Source: Carcharhinus longimanus
Lineage: Eukaryota
Assembly (NCBI GenBank): GCA_030264375.1
Contig: JASCQW010000137.1
Span: 40,565,172 to 40,629,171, forward strand
Length of the DNA stretch: 64,000 bases
Direction of reading: 5' to 3'
A model generated the notes under the pieces. It worked only from the letters and a program-made list of their open reading frames with translations, was not told the DNA's origin and searched no databases. Shown here piece by piece: positions 1 to 12,714 of the stretch. Position 1 is the stretch's first letter. Each line of letters starts with the position of its first letter. A program made the translations under genes and the position numbers.

Positions 1-990
1 GTGTTAAACAGAATTTCCCTTTAGTAAATCCATGTTGATTTGTTCTAATCATGCTATGCTTTTCCCAATGCATTGTTAACAAATCCTTAATAATAGTTTT
101 CAGTATTTTCCTAACAACTTCTGAGGTTAACTGGCCTGTAGCTCTCTGTTTTCTCCCGCCATCCTTTCCTGGAAAGGAGAATAAGATTTGTCTCTTCCTA
201 TGACTCCAACTTCCTACCTGATGGGATCATTCCCAAATTGATGAATTCTGGAAAACACAGCCAGCGCATCCACTATCTCTGCAGCTATTTTCCTTAGAAT
301 CCGAGGATGTAGGCTGTTGGAACTCTGGAGTTTTGTGTCATTTTAGTCCCCTAAATTTCTCTAATACGTTTTCCCTGTTGTTACTCCTTTCCCTAATGTC
401 TTCATTTGTTTTTGGCCTGTAGTTTGCCATCTTTTCCTGGAATAAAACTTGTGTTTACTGCTGTGAAGACAGACACAAAATTATTTGTTGAGTGCCTCTG
501 CCATTTCCTCAATCCCCATGATGATTTCTCGTATCTCTGTTTCTAAGTGACCAATGTTAGCCTTAGCGACTCTCTTATGTTTTAGATAATTGTAAATGTT
601 TACATTCTGTTTACTCCCATATTCTTCTTACCCCATCTTATCACTTCTTGGTTTCCTTTTGCTGGTTTCTAAATCACTCCCAATTCTCTGGCTTGTTACT
701 CTTTTTAAAAATGTTGCAATTCTCCTCTTATAAGCTAATACAATTCCTAATTTCCTGAGTGAGCCATGGATGGGTCTTTCTCACTGCACATTTGTTTTTT
801 CCATTGAATGTATCTTTTGTTGGACATTTCGAATTGTCTCTTTAAAATTTTCCCATTGTTCATTTCCTTCTGAACCTTTTTTGTCTATTTACCCAGTTAA
901 CCTTGACCAATTCTCCCACCATGCCTATGTAATTGGCTTTGTTTAAGTTCAAGAGTCCTGCTTGTGATTGGAGTATATCACTTTCAAATT
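1..990 (-). mobile_element. CR1-type LINE, decayed ORF2 fragment
   Basis: Reverse complement of 1-40 encodes NQHGFTKGKFCLT, matching the CR1 RT motif QHGFxKGKSCLT; the rest is a degenerate ORF2. Confidence 0.85.
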
Positions 991-1009
991 CAACCTGGAA
1001 TAACTCTGA

Positions 1010-1230
1010 GTTGCAGCTCCTCACGCCACTGCCCTCAGTTGGTAGCACTCACACCTCTTTGTCAGAAGATTCTGTATTCAAGTTCTATTCTGGAGACTTG
1101 AGGCCAGACATCTAAGCCCAAACATTCCAATGGTGGAGTGCTGCATTGTGGGAGGTACCATCTCTCAGGTGAGACATTAAACTGAGACCCATCTTTTCTC
1201 TGAGGCAGATGGAAAAAATGTACATCAGAG
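1010..1230 (+). mobile_element. Deu-domain SINE (SacSINE1-like) relic
   Basis: ggagtgctgcattgtgggaggtaccatctctcaggtgagacattaaactgag; related copies at about 8915-9000, 17070-17300, 31755-32150 and 60540-60810. Confidence 0.65.
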
Positions 1231-2036
1231 AAATATTCTATTGTACACTAAAAGACCCTTTCCTTAATGTCTGAGCTGCTGTACACTGACAAATCCTTCC
1301 ATCTATGAATCCAGTTACTTGCTCCTGTAATTATATTCACTACAGGCAGTTGACTGGGGTAACCTTGTAATTTCTCCGATAAATACATTCACTTAACTCC
1401 AGGCTTTAACTTAGATATCCCTGATGCTGAGAATCCTAGATTGATATCAAGAACTGGTATAATCTGATTGCTGATTACTGAGCGCCTTCCATAGAAGACA
1501 TTCCAATTAGTCCACCAACAATACTTGTAGTGTAGCAAACCTCATCTCACTTGTCAAGAAAGGTAATCTCAGCTCAGGTATTGACTATCCTTCCATATTC
1601 ATACCTCCATTCCAGCCTGAGTTTTCTCCTTGTTGTCGTTGGAATCTGTTTGTCTCTGCTTGGACCTATGATTTTGTAGTAATTGTTTCTTTTTCTACAT
1701 CATTACACTTTTATTGTTTTCATTTTGCATCTCTTGAAAATGTACATCTGCTTCATGCTTTTTTTTAAATTTCCAAGTAACTATTTTAACGATAAACATC
1801 TGTACAGTTTTTTTTTTAAGTTGAAGGCTTAAGAGATGATGAGAAATTAGATCCTCAAAGGTGTTGTTTGCGCAACCCAATAAATTTTGTTTCACATTTT
1901 AACTTGCATTTCTGAGGATTTTTACAATGAGAACTATATTTCTTTCCTTGTATTTAATCAGGAGCTATTCCGAGTCTAATGGACTTGGGAAATTTCAGCT
2001 TCCAATTGTATTTGATACATTTATACGTACAAATGC

Positions 2037-2492
2037 ATGAGTGTTGTATGTGTGTGCTATGTGTTATGTGTTGTATCAGCATATTGTAGTTGCGTGTGTA
2101 TGTGTTGCATGTGTGTGCATGTTGTGGTTATGTGTGTGTGTTGTATGTGCATGTTGCATGTGTGTGCATGTTGTGGTTGTGTGTGTGCATGTTGTGGTTG
2201 TGTGTGTGTGTGTGTGCATGTTGTGGTTGTGTGTGTGTTGCATGTGTTTGTTGTGTGTGTGTTGCATGTGTTTGTTGTGTGTGTGTTGCATGTGTATGTG
2301 TGTTGTGGTTGTGTGTGTTGCACGTGTTATATTGTATGTGCATGAATGGTACGTGCATGTTGTAGTTGTGTGAGTCTGTTGCATATGTTGTGGTTATCTG
2401 CGCATGAGTAGTGTGTTTGTGTGTTGGACGTATTGTGTGTGTGTTGCATGTGTGTGTGTGTGTGTGTGTGTGTGTTGCATGTGTGTGTGTGT
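2037..2492. repeat. Compound (TG)n/TGCATG microsatellite
   Basis: TG runs interspersed with gttgcat units; explains the Cys/Val and His/Thr ORFs. Confidence 0.97.
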
Positions 2493-3051
2493 GAGAACAC
2501 ATTCAGTATGGAGCAGATTGTGAAAAAATGGAAGCAGATTCCCATCTAAAACTTTGCTCAGCTTGGAAAGCAGCAAAATTGTCCTTTAACTCTGAGGTCA
2601 ATAGCCCAAAGTGTGTCTGTATTTTTTTAATTAAAACACGCTGTTTTTTCAAATCAGTAGCCAAGTAAGTTAGATGTTAAATTCACCTCTCCCTCTTCCT
2701 GTCCATTCTCCACCCTCAAAATTTCCCATAAAGATGCTTTATTGGTGTAAGTATGTCATGATGATATTCATTACCTTGCCAATCATTGTCTAATTCTAAT
2801 TTTGTTATAATCCACAATACCATCCGCGTACCTCTTGTTATTTGTGGAGTCTCTCAGCAGCAGCAGATAAAATAGTATTTAAGCTACATTTAAAATTTGT
2901 AGCAAATGATTAGCACGTGGATTTAAAATTATAAAATAATGTTGAAAAAATGTTCTAACTTCATTGCAGCAAACTAGGTTTGGTTTTCTGCTCAGGCACA
3001 GAGTATGAATGATTTGAACCACAATGACTGAAGCAGAAAGAAACCTCGCCT

Positions 3052-3722
3052 GTATCTTAAGGAAGGATGTGCTGGCCCTGGTTAAACATGTAGTTAAACA
3101 TGCTGCTGTTTAACTACTGGGTTAATTTTGAATCAGTTATCATTCAGGAAAGTTGATTTTGTCTAACTAGAGTAAGATTTTCCTGATACAAGAGCAGTCT
3201 GAAGGCACCTAAAAGACATGTCAAAGTTTATTTATTAGGGTCCAGAGGAGGTTCACACGAACGATCCCGGGAATGAAATGTTTGACGTTTGAGGAGCGCC
3301 TGAGGACTCTGGATCTGTAGTCAATGGAGTTTAGAAGGATAAGGGAGGATCTCATCAAAGCTTACAGAATACTGAAAGGTCTGGATAGAATGGACATGGG
3401 AAGATTTTTCCATTAATAGGCAAGACTAAGATCCCAGGGCACAGCCTCAGAGAAAAGGACAACCCTTGAGAACTGAGATGAGGAGCTTCTTCAGCCAGAG
3501 GGTGGTGAATCTATGGAATCCATTGCTATGGAAGGCTGTGGAGGCCAGGTCATTGAGTGTATTTAAAACAGAGATAGGTAGGTTCTTGATTGGTAAGGGA
3601 TCAAGGGTTACGGGAGAAAAAGCCAGGAGAATGGGGTTGGGAAACTTATCAGCCATGATTGAATGACAGAGCAGACTCGATGGGCCGAATGATCTAATTC
3701 TGCTCCTATTTCTTATGGTCTT
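3052..3722 (+). mobile_element. CR1/HER1 LINE 3' end, interrupted at 3082-3236
   Basis: YLRKDVLAL (3053-3080) resumes as RVQRRFTRTIPGM (3237+), then FFSQRVVNLWN and the 3'UTR gggccgaatgatctaattctgctcct. Confidence 0.92.
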
Positions 3723-3860
3723 ATAGTCTTACTTCATGCGGCTGTTGTAACTACTGGGTTGATTTTGACATCAATTATCATTCAGGAAAGTTGATTTTGT
3801 CTAACTAGAATAAGATTTTCCCGATAAAAGAACAGTCTGAAGGCACCTAAAAGACATGTC

Positions 3861-4054
3861 AAAGTTTATTTATTGGTCACAAGTAGATTGACATATACTA
3901 TGAAAATCCCCTAGTTGCCACATGCTGGCACCTGTTTGGATGCACTGAGGGAGAATTTAGCACCTAACCAGCATGCCTTTCAGACTGTGGGATGAAACCA
4001 GAGTACTCAGAGGAAACCCATGCAGACATGGGGAGAATGTGCAAATTCTGCACA
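3861..4054 (-). mobile_element. HE1-like tRNA SINE with alternative tail
   Basis: aaagtttatttatt tail; body gaggaaacccatgcagacatggggagaatgtgcaaa; runs into a gap. Confidence 0.88.
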
Positions 4055-4193
4055 NNNNNNNNNNNNNNNNNNNNNNNNNNNNNNNNNNNNNNNNNNNNNN
4101 NNNNNNNNNNNNNNNNNNNNNNNNNNNNNNNNNNNNNNNNNNNNNNNNNNNNNNNNNNNNNNNNNNNNNNNNAATAAATACCTTTTATGTTAG

Positions 4194-4356
4194 TGGCAGG
4201 CATCATTACGTTGACAATGAGGATGGGATGGATTATGATGACGCTGTCTGTGCTCTGAGATGTGTGAGTAGTGAGATGTTGCGATATTGTCAGATCCTGA
4301 GGGACAGACACAGAGCAAACCTGGATTGGCTGATGCAGTCAGAGATACATCTTTAA
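4194..4356 (+). CDS. Candidate terminal coding exon of an unidentified gene
   Basis: Acceptor ccttttatgttag, open frame GRHHYVDNEDGMDYDDAVCALRCVSSEMLRYCQILRDRHRANLDWLMQSEIHL*, overlapping AATAAA at 4364 and 4368. Protein not recognised. Confidence 0.4.
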
Positions 4357-4390
4357 AATGAACAATAAATAAACCTCCAGAATCAAGGGC

Positions 4391-5600
4391 TGTGATACTG
4401 TGTTTACGGAAAAGTGGAACTTAAATTTTAAAAAAAGGAGAACTAGTTGCCACAACTCTTTTTTGAAAGCAAAGAGAACACAGAACAATTTTTTGAGTGA
4501 AAGATATAAAAAGTGCCCCCAAAGAGTTCTAGCAGTTGTAGCTTGGTCTCCAGAGTGCAGGAAAGTGAAGATGTTGGGTTGCTGGGCTCCTAATCCGAGC
4601 ATAGCCTACCAATGTGGGGCAGAGGGACGGTTACCCATCCCTGCATTGAGAGGCTGCAGGCAACAAGTTCCAAAGTTTTAGAGAAAAGTCCTCAACCTGT
4701 TGGTTGAATTGAAAAGGGTTAAAAATGGACCTTTGGACCTCGAGAGTGTTGTATCTCGCAGTGAAATTGATTTTAAAAAACCCATGCATCAAAGGAAGAA
4801 ACGAAGGGACTCTCCAAATGGCCAGAGGGAAAATAAAAGTTGCCAAGATCACTGAGAGCTATTCCTATTAGTAAAAAGAGAAGTTTTAAAAGTTTAAAAA
4901 GGTTCAAAGGAGGACCTGCCAGATTCATGCCAAAACTTCACGATTGTGGGAAATGCACGTAGAAAGAACTGGCAGCTGCTGACAGTTTAAAAAAAAGTTG
5001 ACAGTCTTAAAGCAGCAATGCATTTAAAGAGGTAATACATTTAATGCGGCAATGCATTTAAAGCAGCAACCACAAGAACCAATGGCAATGGACAAGAAAA
5101 TCGGAAAAGACCCCAGATAGAGGACAACTCTCAAAAAATGTCCATAGCAATGAAGATCTCAAGAAAGGCAGTGGGAGACCCCCGGGAGGATGGCACCATA
5201 CTGAATGACCAAATGAAGGGCAATGAGAGAATTGCAGATTGGAAACAAATCAAAACTTCTTCAGAGACAGATCCACCCAACAGTGAAACCAAAAGAATTT
5301 TAGCTGAAGCTAAGACAAGTAGAAATAAAAAGTCCATTTGTGAAATGTAGGTGTCCAGTAAGAAGGTAATAGATTTTCCTTGGGAAAAAATGGCAAAGTT
5401 AAAGACTTCAAAAGAAACATTAAGAGGAATCAGCAGAAAGAATTAAAGCTCTTGAGAAGACATTAAAATAAATGACTGACAACCAACATAAAAATAGTTT
5501 CAAATGAAGTTAAGATGAAGAACTCAATGAGACAGTGGAGAATAAGCTGAACTTCATGAAAAAGCAACCACAAAATATGAATAAGATTGTACAACAATGT
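4391..5600 (+). mobile_element. Possible decayed LTR-element 5' region with gag-like purine-rich remnant
   Basis: TGTGA start, then A-rich broken Lys/Glu-rich frames; no diagnostic motif. Confidence 0.3.
5008..5069. repeat. 17-bp tandem repeat, about 3.6 units
   Basis: taaagcagcaatgcatt / taaagaggtaatacatt / taatgcggcaatgcatt / taaagcagcaa. Confidence 0.85.
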
Positions 5601-5607
5601 AAAAGAC

Positions 5608-5837
5608 TGTGGTGATTGTCCCTTTAAGGGTACGACAGCAGAAGAGGGTCACCAGGCTTGTGTGACCAATTGGGACTGAGAATGGATAATCACCACAGGG
5701 GAATTGAGTCTTCTCTTAGACAGAAGGCATCTCGAATTCATGTAGGGACTGAGGCAGCCAGAGAACTGTCTACAGTTTTTCTTTATTAATAAATAACCTT
5801 TGTGTTCCTGACAAAGTCTGTAGTGTGCATCATGACA
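5608..5837 (+). mobile_element. Solo LTR (Gypsy-type)
   Basis: TGTGGTGAT...ATGACA termini with internal AATAAA; start resembles the LTR at 19934. Confidence 0.6.
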
Positions 5838-5974
5838 ACCAGTCACTGGGAGCAGGAAGAGGTGAAGAGACCAAGATCACCAATGCCCCTGCCTTCATAG
5901 GTAGAATCATAGAATTGTAGAATCCCTGCAGTGCAGAAAAGGCCATTTGGCCCATCGAGTCTGCACTGACTCTC

Positions 5975-6270
5975 CAACCACCCACTGTGTGAAAGAATTT
6001 TTTTCTCACATCACATTTGCCTCTTATTTTCGAATCACTTTAGATCAATGCCCTCCCATGAGTGGAAATAATTTCTGCTGATCTATTCTGTCCAGTCCCC
6101 TCAAAATTTTGAACAACTCTATCAAATCTCCTCTTAGCCTTCTTCTCTGCAAGGAGAACAATCCCAACTTCTCCAATCTATCCTCACAACTAATGTTTCT
6201 CATCCCTGGAACAATCCTTGTAAACCTCTTCTGCACTCTTTCCAATGTGTTAATATCCTTGCTATAATGC
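5975..6270 (-). mobile_element. CR1/HER1 LINE 3' fragment
   Basis: Encodes YSKDINTLERVQKRFTRIVPGMRNISCEDRLEKLGLFSLQRRRLRGDLIE. Confidence 0.93.
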
Positions 6271-8691
6271 ATAACCTCATTGGAACTCTTCAAGCTGTCA
6301 CAGATCTGTCCAAGCTCATTGGACTTGCAAAAGCTATCAAGGGATTTAACTTGGTTGGACTTTACATTTTTCAAAAAGTATGGAATATCAGTGCTTAATA
6401 TTTCACTCCATCTGTTGACATAAGACTGAGGGTTGTCATTCTGTGATTTGTGCTACGTAATTGATTTTACAACCTAACATTATCACAGCGCCGTGTTTGT
6501 TAAGTGAGCAATTTGATTGACAAATCCAAGTGATTATAATATAAATGTTTGATTTCAGACAAGCTTAGTCGAAGGAAATTCAATATGTACTTTTTTTAGA
6601 ATTTTTTTTAAATACACATCATCAATAGACACAGCCTTATTTTATTTCACCATGGCTTCTGAGGTTTCCCCATGGGGAGTATTGGTTGAGTTGGAATGCA
6701 ATAGGTAAGAAGATAAGGTTGGGGATAACATGAGTTGTCACNNNNNNNNNNNNNNNNNNNNNNNNNNNNNNNNNNNNNNNNNNNNNNNNNNNNNNNNNNN
6801 NNNNNNNNNNNNNNNNNNNNNNNNNNNNNNNNNNNNNNNNNNNNNNNNNNNNNNNNNNNNNNNNNNNNNNNNNNNNNNNNNNNNNNNNNNNNNNNNNNNN
6901 NNNNNNNNNNNNNNNNNNNNNNNNNNNNNNNNNNNNNNNNNNNNNNNNNNNGTGGGTGTTTAGGGGTGTGTGGGGGAGGGGCTGAGACAGGCCTTCCACC
7001 CAGCTTCAGCCTCCATACATTCTAGGTTGGAAGTCATAACTTCTAACCCAGCCCTTGTGATACTGGCAGGACTTCCTGTCCCTGCAGATGGAGCAGAGGC
7101 ACTCTGACCCTATTAAGGCTGTACTATCGCTGTGAGGCATCTGAGATGCCATTGCACTTTTTGGTCAAGATGCAGGTAAGCAGCCCCCCTCCCCCATAAA
7201 ATCCATCCCTACAAATCTCTTGTTCAGGCATAGGCACTGCCAATAAACCCAATGGATTTGGGGGAAAATCAACTGAAGCCCCAGTCAAGTGGTTGTACTT
7301 GGATCGAAGCAGGCAATCAGCAGATCTCCGTGAAAATTCTGTCCATTGGAAGGGATTTTCCACGTATCCCTTCATGTTTTTCACATTGGTGAAGATGGCC
7401 TGCTTTTGGTCCTGCCGCTGTTAACAAGGTTCCCTATTCTATGCACACCCTGCAGCTAGCAAACGCATGGCAGCAGTTCACTGTCCTCCGGTGCAACCGG
7501 AGGATCCCGCTGGCAGGAATGGCCGGAAAATTCCAGCCATTGTTTTTGACTTGATTGACTAAGCCGGTAATTGGAGGATTAGCCCTTACTTTTGGGGGTA
7601 TTCTCTATATTCAGAACAGTTTACTTCAATAAGCCCCAACTTCCAAGCTGCCTACAGAACATAATTGAACATTCCTGTAAACAGGAGGTAGTACGTTTCG
7701 ATTCCTCAATGTATATGAGGCAGCCGCATGCTTGTGCCTCCTTCAGAATGAAGCTCTCTGCACATTGATAGTAATTGAAATGGTGGCACTGTCTCAATGC
7801 AAGCGAGGACAAGATAACTGCAATGAAATAATGAAACCAGTTGTAGTCTGATTATCCTGACTTAAATGCTAGTCAGTGTTGTGCAGTGACTAATACTCAT
7901 AAATAGTGCAAAGGGATCTCACGAGGGCAACCTGTAACTGAATATGAGCAGTGAAATCAGAGACCAAAAGGCCATCTGCTATTCTGTGCCAGGAGCTGAT
8001 GTGACCTTAAACAAATTTCTTACTCATTAATTGGATTAGATTCACCCTTTTGCCAGTGTTTTTTTTTATAGTTGCTGCACAATCAAAAGAACATTCTGGA
8101 ATTGCTTTATTAAAAAAAAGATCCTAATCTGTTACTTTATGATACATATTTTCTTCAAGAAGCAGAGTTAAACCCGTCATCAGGAGTCTTCTGTTACCTC
8201 AGATCATTGGTACAGGTTCCAAGGAGCCTTGTAATGGGAACAAGTGATTGTAAGATGATAGCTAATGTTCAGCACGTCAAGAATCAGATCTGGTTTCATT
8301 TCATCCACTCTGATATAGGCGAAAGCAAAAATGTAGTCTCCACCAATCAAAAAGACAAAGTTCNNNNNNNNNNNNNNNNNNNNNNNNNNNNNNNNNNNNN
8401 NNNNNNNNNNNNNNNNNNNNNNNNNNNNNNNNNNNNNNNNNNNNNNNNNNNNNNNNNNNNNNNTGATGCTCCACCTTGGAATATTGAACTAAGAAAAAGG
8501 AGTAGATAGTTGCAATGAACTAATCTTTATCAAGCATTTGCATCTCCATTTAAATTTGAAGTTAATTTTTCTCTCCCTCTTTTCAACCATCCTAAACAAT
8601 TTGCAAGCTTTCTTTTTGCCCCTGTTAATCAGACCCTTTTGCTCATTAGTTGGGGGTTAGTTGGAATGAGCTGAGATAGTCATGATGCCTT

Positions 8692-8862
8692 GATGTGGAG
8701 ATGCCGGCGTTGGACTGGGGTAAACACAGTAAGAAGTCTCATAACACCAGGTTAAAGTTCAACAGGTTTATTTGGTAGAGAGTCACCTGACAAAGGAGCA
8801 GTGCTCCGAAAGCTAGTGGTGTTTGCTACTAAATAAACCTGTTGGACTTGAACCTGGTGTTA
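8692..8862. mobile_element. Penelope-like fold-back element (family A) with decayed hammerhead
   Basis: Inverted arms acaccaggttaaagttcaacaggtttattt / aaataaacctgttggacttgaacctggtgt, one-sided tail, core tcac-CTGACAA-a-GGAGC agt GCTCC-GAAA-GC-TA-gtg at 8783-8818. Confidence 0.8.
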
Positions 8863-9014
8863 TAGTCAAACCTTTCCATCCTTTTTGTTAGGAAGCTCCT
8901 GACCAGTGCTGACCTCTGACATCTCAAGTGGGACCACAGCTGGGGTGCCAACCAGGGCTCAGCGGTTCAGTCCTTTGGATGAGACTTTAAAGCTTGCCCT
9001 CTGAAGTGATGAAG

Positions 9015-9360
9015 GCCGTGTAGCAGTACTGTTACTGGACTAGTCTTCCCGAGGCCCAGGCTAATGCTCAGGGGACACAGGTTCAAATCTCACCAGAGCA
9101 GCTGGTGATATTTAAATTCAATTAATAAAATCTGGACTATAAAGTTAGTCTTAGTGATGCTGTTGTGAAAACCATCTGGTTCACTAATATCTTTAGGGGA
9201 GGAAACTTGCCATCCTTCTCTGGTCTATTGGCCTACATGTGAGTGCAGAACCACAGCAATGTGACTGACTCTTAACTGCTGTGTGAAATGGCCTAGCAAG
9301 CCAAGGCCAATTAGGAATGGCCACATGCTGACCTGGTCAGTAACATTCAAAGCCCATCAA
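9015..9360 (+). mobile_element. tRNA-derived SINE, group B
   Basis: B-box-like ggttcaaatc plus tctggttcactaat...tttagggga body shared with 12360, 20950, 24160, 25755 and 55045. Confidence 0.8.
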
Positions 9361-10116
9361 AGACATACAAAAGGTCCCTTAAGTTATTTTGAAGATATGC
9401 TTGATAAAGATTAGTTCATTGCAACTATCTACTCCTTTTTCTTAGTTCACTATTCCAAGGTGGAGCATCTNNNNNNNNNNNNNNNNNNNNNNNNNNNNNN
9501 NNNNNNNNNNNNNNNNNNNNNNNNNNNNNNNNNNNNNNNNNNNNNNNNNNNNNNNNNNNNNNNNNNNNNNTCATTAAAACCGATAACCAAGTCATCATCA
9601 CGTTGTTGTTGATAAAAGCTTGTGCACAAATCGGGTTACATATTTTCTATATTACACGAGTGGCTACACCACATTGACTGTTAAGTATTTTGGGATGTTC
9701 TTAAGTTGTGAAAAGCTACATAAATATGATACAGCACACCCTTATGTCAACGTATTCTGTTAAAGTTTCTTCCATATTATTTGCATCTGTCAGAGGTACA
9801 TTTTTTTGCCATCTCTTACAAAATGTCAACTGATTGGTTCCGTGCACTTCCACCGTCCCCAGTTATCTTCTGATACGGCACGTATCATTAGGATTCATGT
9901 TTGAGCCTTTACAGACCCCATAAATTCACGTGGCTATCACAGCCTGGTCTGATGTCCACTTAACAAGCACACTCACTGAAGATTTGCGGGCCACTGACCA
10001 AAAGCAGGAACTCTGGGTGATTTATATTCCTTCCCCACTCAACTCCAGCAAATAGTGGACAATTGGATAAGTGAGTGGATATGACTGTGCGGAACGAAAG
10101 ATGTGAAATCAAGTAT

Positions 10117-10400
10117 AAAGTTTATTTATTAGTGTTGCAAGTAGGCTTACATTAACACTGCAATGAAATTACTGTGCAAGTCCCCTAGTCGCCATGTCTG
10201 CTTGTTTGGTAACACTGAGGGAGAATTTAGCAAAGCTAATGAATTAACCAGCGCATCTTTCAGACTGTGGTAGGAAACCAGAGCACCCGGAGGAAACCCA
10301 AGCAGATACAGGGAGAACGTGCAGACTCCGCACACACAATGATCCGAGCTGGGAATCGAACCCGGGTTCCTGGAGCTATGAGGCAGCAGCGCTAACCGCT
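10117..10400 (-). mobile_element. HE1-like SINE with alternative tail, near full length
   Basis: tRNA head (reverse complement gggaatcgaacccggg...gaggcagcagcgctaacc) and tail aaagtttatttattagtg...cccctagtcgcc. Confidence 0.92.
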
Positions 10401-11767
10401 ATACGAATGCCTTTGGAAAGGAGGGGAAGGGGGAAGGAAAATAAACTGGCATGCAACTAAAACAATTAAGCCTGGAGTTGGCAAATGTAGTGTTTTAAAA
10501 CACTATGTTCAGTAATAAAAATCTGTGGCTGTTTTTGCATCTATTTTGACAGTGAGCCTTGCAATTTATGCAGCAGAATTGTGATCGAATTGAGCAACTG
10601 ACTGCGCCAAGTGGGAGAGATTGTCAAAACTGCAATATCAAAGCAGATTTGAATCAGCCTTTGTCAGCTACATATAAATGTTTCATTTGGGAGTAAGACC
10701 ATTTGGCATCCGTGGAGTCTGCAAGATGCTGGGAGTGCTGACAGTCAGCAGGAATGGAAGAGTTGGCGACAGTTTCTCATGTGGTAGAGTTAATTTGTGT
10801 TTGGGCAGAAATGAAACATTGATTGATAAAGGTTGTCCCTGAGGGCCACGTCCTATTTCAAAGTGAAATGTGGGTGCCACATTTCCCTCCTCGGATCACC
10901 TCTGGAATTCTGTCACACCTCAGACTGAATATCCATTCTCTCGTGGCAATGGGTTTCCTATGCACTACCTGCTGGAAACTCAGAATTATCCCTTGTGTTA
11001 CAACACCTGCTCTTGAACAATCTCAGCAAGTTTACGCCAAGGTATAAAATAACAAATAGCTTTTTAAGTCACGATCTCCACAGAGGAACAGAGCCTAGAA
11101 CTTACTGACCATTCACACCGGCAGGTCCTCTGGACTGCGCATCTCCGCCATGGGTTCCCCGGCGACAAAGGGGACATTAAACGGGAAACCCCATTGACTT
11201 GGAGGTCCTGCCACCTCCAGACACAAGGCAGGTTGTGTGCGGGAAGTCCTGCCCTGTGTTGTTTTACATTGGTAAAATGAGCGCTCACTGTGCCTGAGTG
11301 CCAGATTAATTCAGCCACATGCTTCACTTCCAACTTGCTTTGTACAGGGAGCTCCCCCATTGCAATATCCCCACTGTTGGATTTCAGCACATCAATACTC
11401 AGTCAATGCGCACTCTCCAGAGATGGTCTTTCCAATATGCAGTGACTGAATAATGACAGGACATGATGCAGAGTGCATTATTTTTTATTGGGCAAAGCCA
11501 CCCCACAGCTGATATTTTCCATTCCTTTAGCTGGTACCTCGAGGATCGATTTTAACTGTACTCACCCAGCAGAAACCTAGCAGCTACCAATGAGCAGGTT
11601 ACTTACCCGCTCAGATTCCAACTAATTCCAATTGTCCATGATGTTAACCTGCGGGGATTTGCAGATGGCTGCAATTTTAACTGGGCCCCCGAGTGGGGAG
11701 ACTACTTCTGTCTCAACAGAGGCAGGTTTGCTACTGGCCAGAAGGCCACAGAGACCTGGGTGGATTC

Positions 11768-11870
11768 ACAGCTCTGACAAAGGGTTATCTGGACTCAAAA
11801 TGTTGCCTCTACTCTCTCCCCATGGATGCTGTCAGACCTGCTGAGGTTTTCCAACATTTTCTGTTTCAGT
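11768..11870 (+). mobile_element. Penelope-like family B fragment with decayed hammerhead
   Basis: CTGACAA-a-GGGTT atctg GACTC-AAAA-TG-TT followed by gatgctgtcagacctgctgag. Confidence 0.65.
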
Positions 11871-11899
11871 TACCACAGAGCCCTGCCTGGTAAGCGTAA

Positions 11900-12140
11900 G
11901 GAGCAAGAAGTGCCTCAAAAGGCTTGGCCTCCGGTGCCCAAGCTTTCCCCCTCTCCCTTCCACACCAGGCCCTCTTGAACTCTTTACCCCACCACTAGAG
12001 GCAGCTGATCCATTGGTCAGACACACTATGGGCACTTGCTGCAAATCCAGAGAGAAAAAGCATTTTGAGGAAATGGTTTCCCACCAGGAACTCGCTCCAA
12101 GTTACAGTCTGCCTGCCCTCTGTAATACAGGCAGCCATTT
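11900..12140 (-). mobile_element. Possible RTE-type LINE 3' relic
   Basis: Minus frame LTNGSAASSGGVKSSRGPGVEGRG loosely resembles an RTE ORF C-terminus; highly degenerate. Confidence 0.35.
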
Positions 12141-12359
12141 AAACCAGTGCAGGAAGGTATCACAAAAGACCAGCCAGGGAGCTGGAATCACTGTTCCCTT
12201 CCCATCTGTACTTGAGTTACAGCAAGAAAGAGATGGCTTATAGCAAATGGAGGAATGTAGCAAAAATTACAGCATCTGTCAGAAAATGGGATAGAAGTTC
12301 ACTCTTTTCCTATTATTTATGTTACATTAGGTCGCATTTGTTGCAAACGAATAGAGACA

Positions 12360-12706
12360 TTTCTTTTTCATTCATGGGACATGGGTGTCGCTGGCTGGCC
12401 AGCATTTATTGCCCATCATTCGTTGTCCTTACTGAGTGCGTGCTAGGCAATTTCAGAAGGCAGTTGAGAGTCAACTATATTGCTGTGGCTCTGGGCTCAC
12501 ATATAGGCCAGACCATGTAAGGACTGCAGATTTCCTTCCCTGAAGGACATTAGTGAACCAGGTGGGTTTTATGACAACCTCATGGTCATCAATAAATTTT
12601 TAATTCCAGATATTTTTATTGAATTCAAATTCCACCATCTGCCTTGGTGGGATTCGAATCTGAATCCCCAGAACAATAGCTGAGTTTATGGATTAATGGC
12701 CTAGCC
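12360..12706 (-). mobile_element. tRNA-derived SINE, group B
   Basis: Reverse complement of the 25755-26068 copy. Confidence 0.88.
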
Positions 12707-12714
12707 TCCTTTGA

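Noticed and set aside
1604-1895. Minus-strand exon-like stretch ending in GAG|gtatga
   Set aside because: Purine-rich acceptor and in-frame stops in longer versions.
2037-2576. Cys/Val- and His/Thr-rich ORFs resembling metallothionein or keratin-associated proteins
   Set aside because: They are translations of a TG microsatellite.
5008-5069. Regular short repeats as a possible CRISPR array
   Set aside because: Head-to-tail units with no spacers in eukaryotic DNA; no cas genes.
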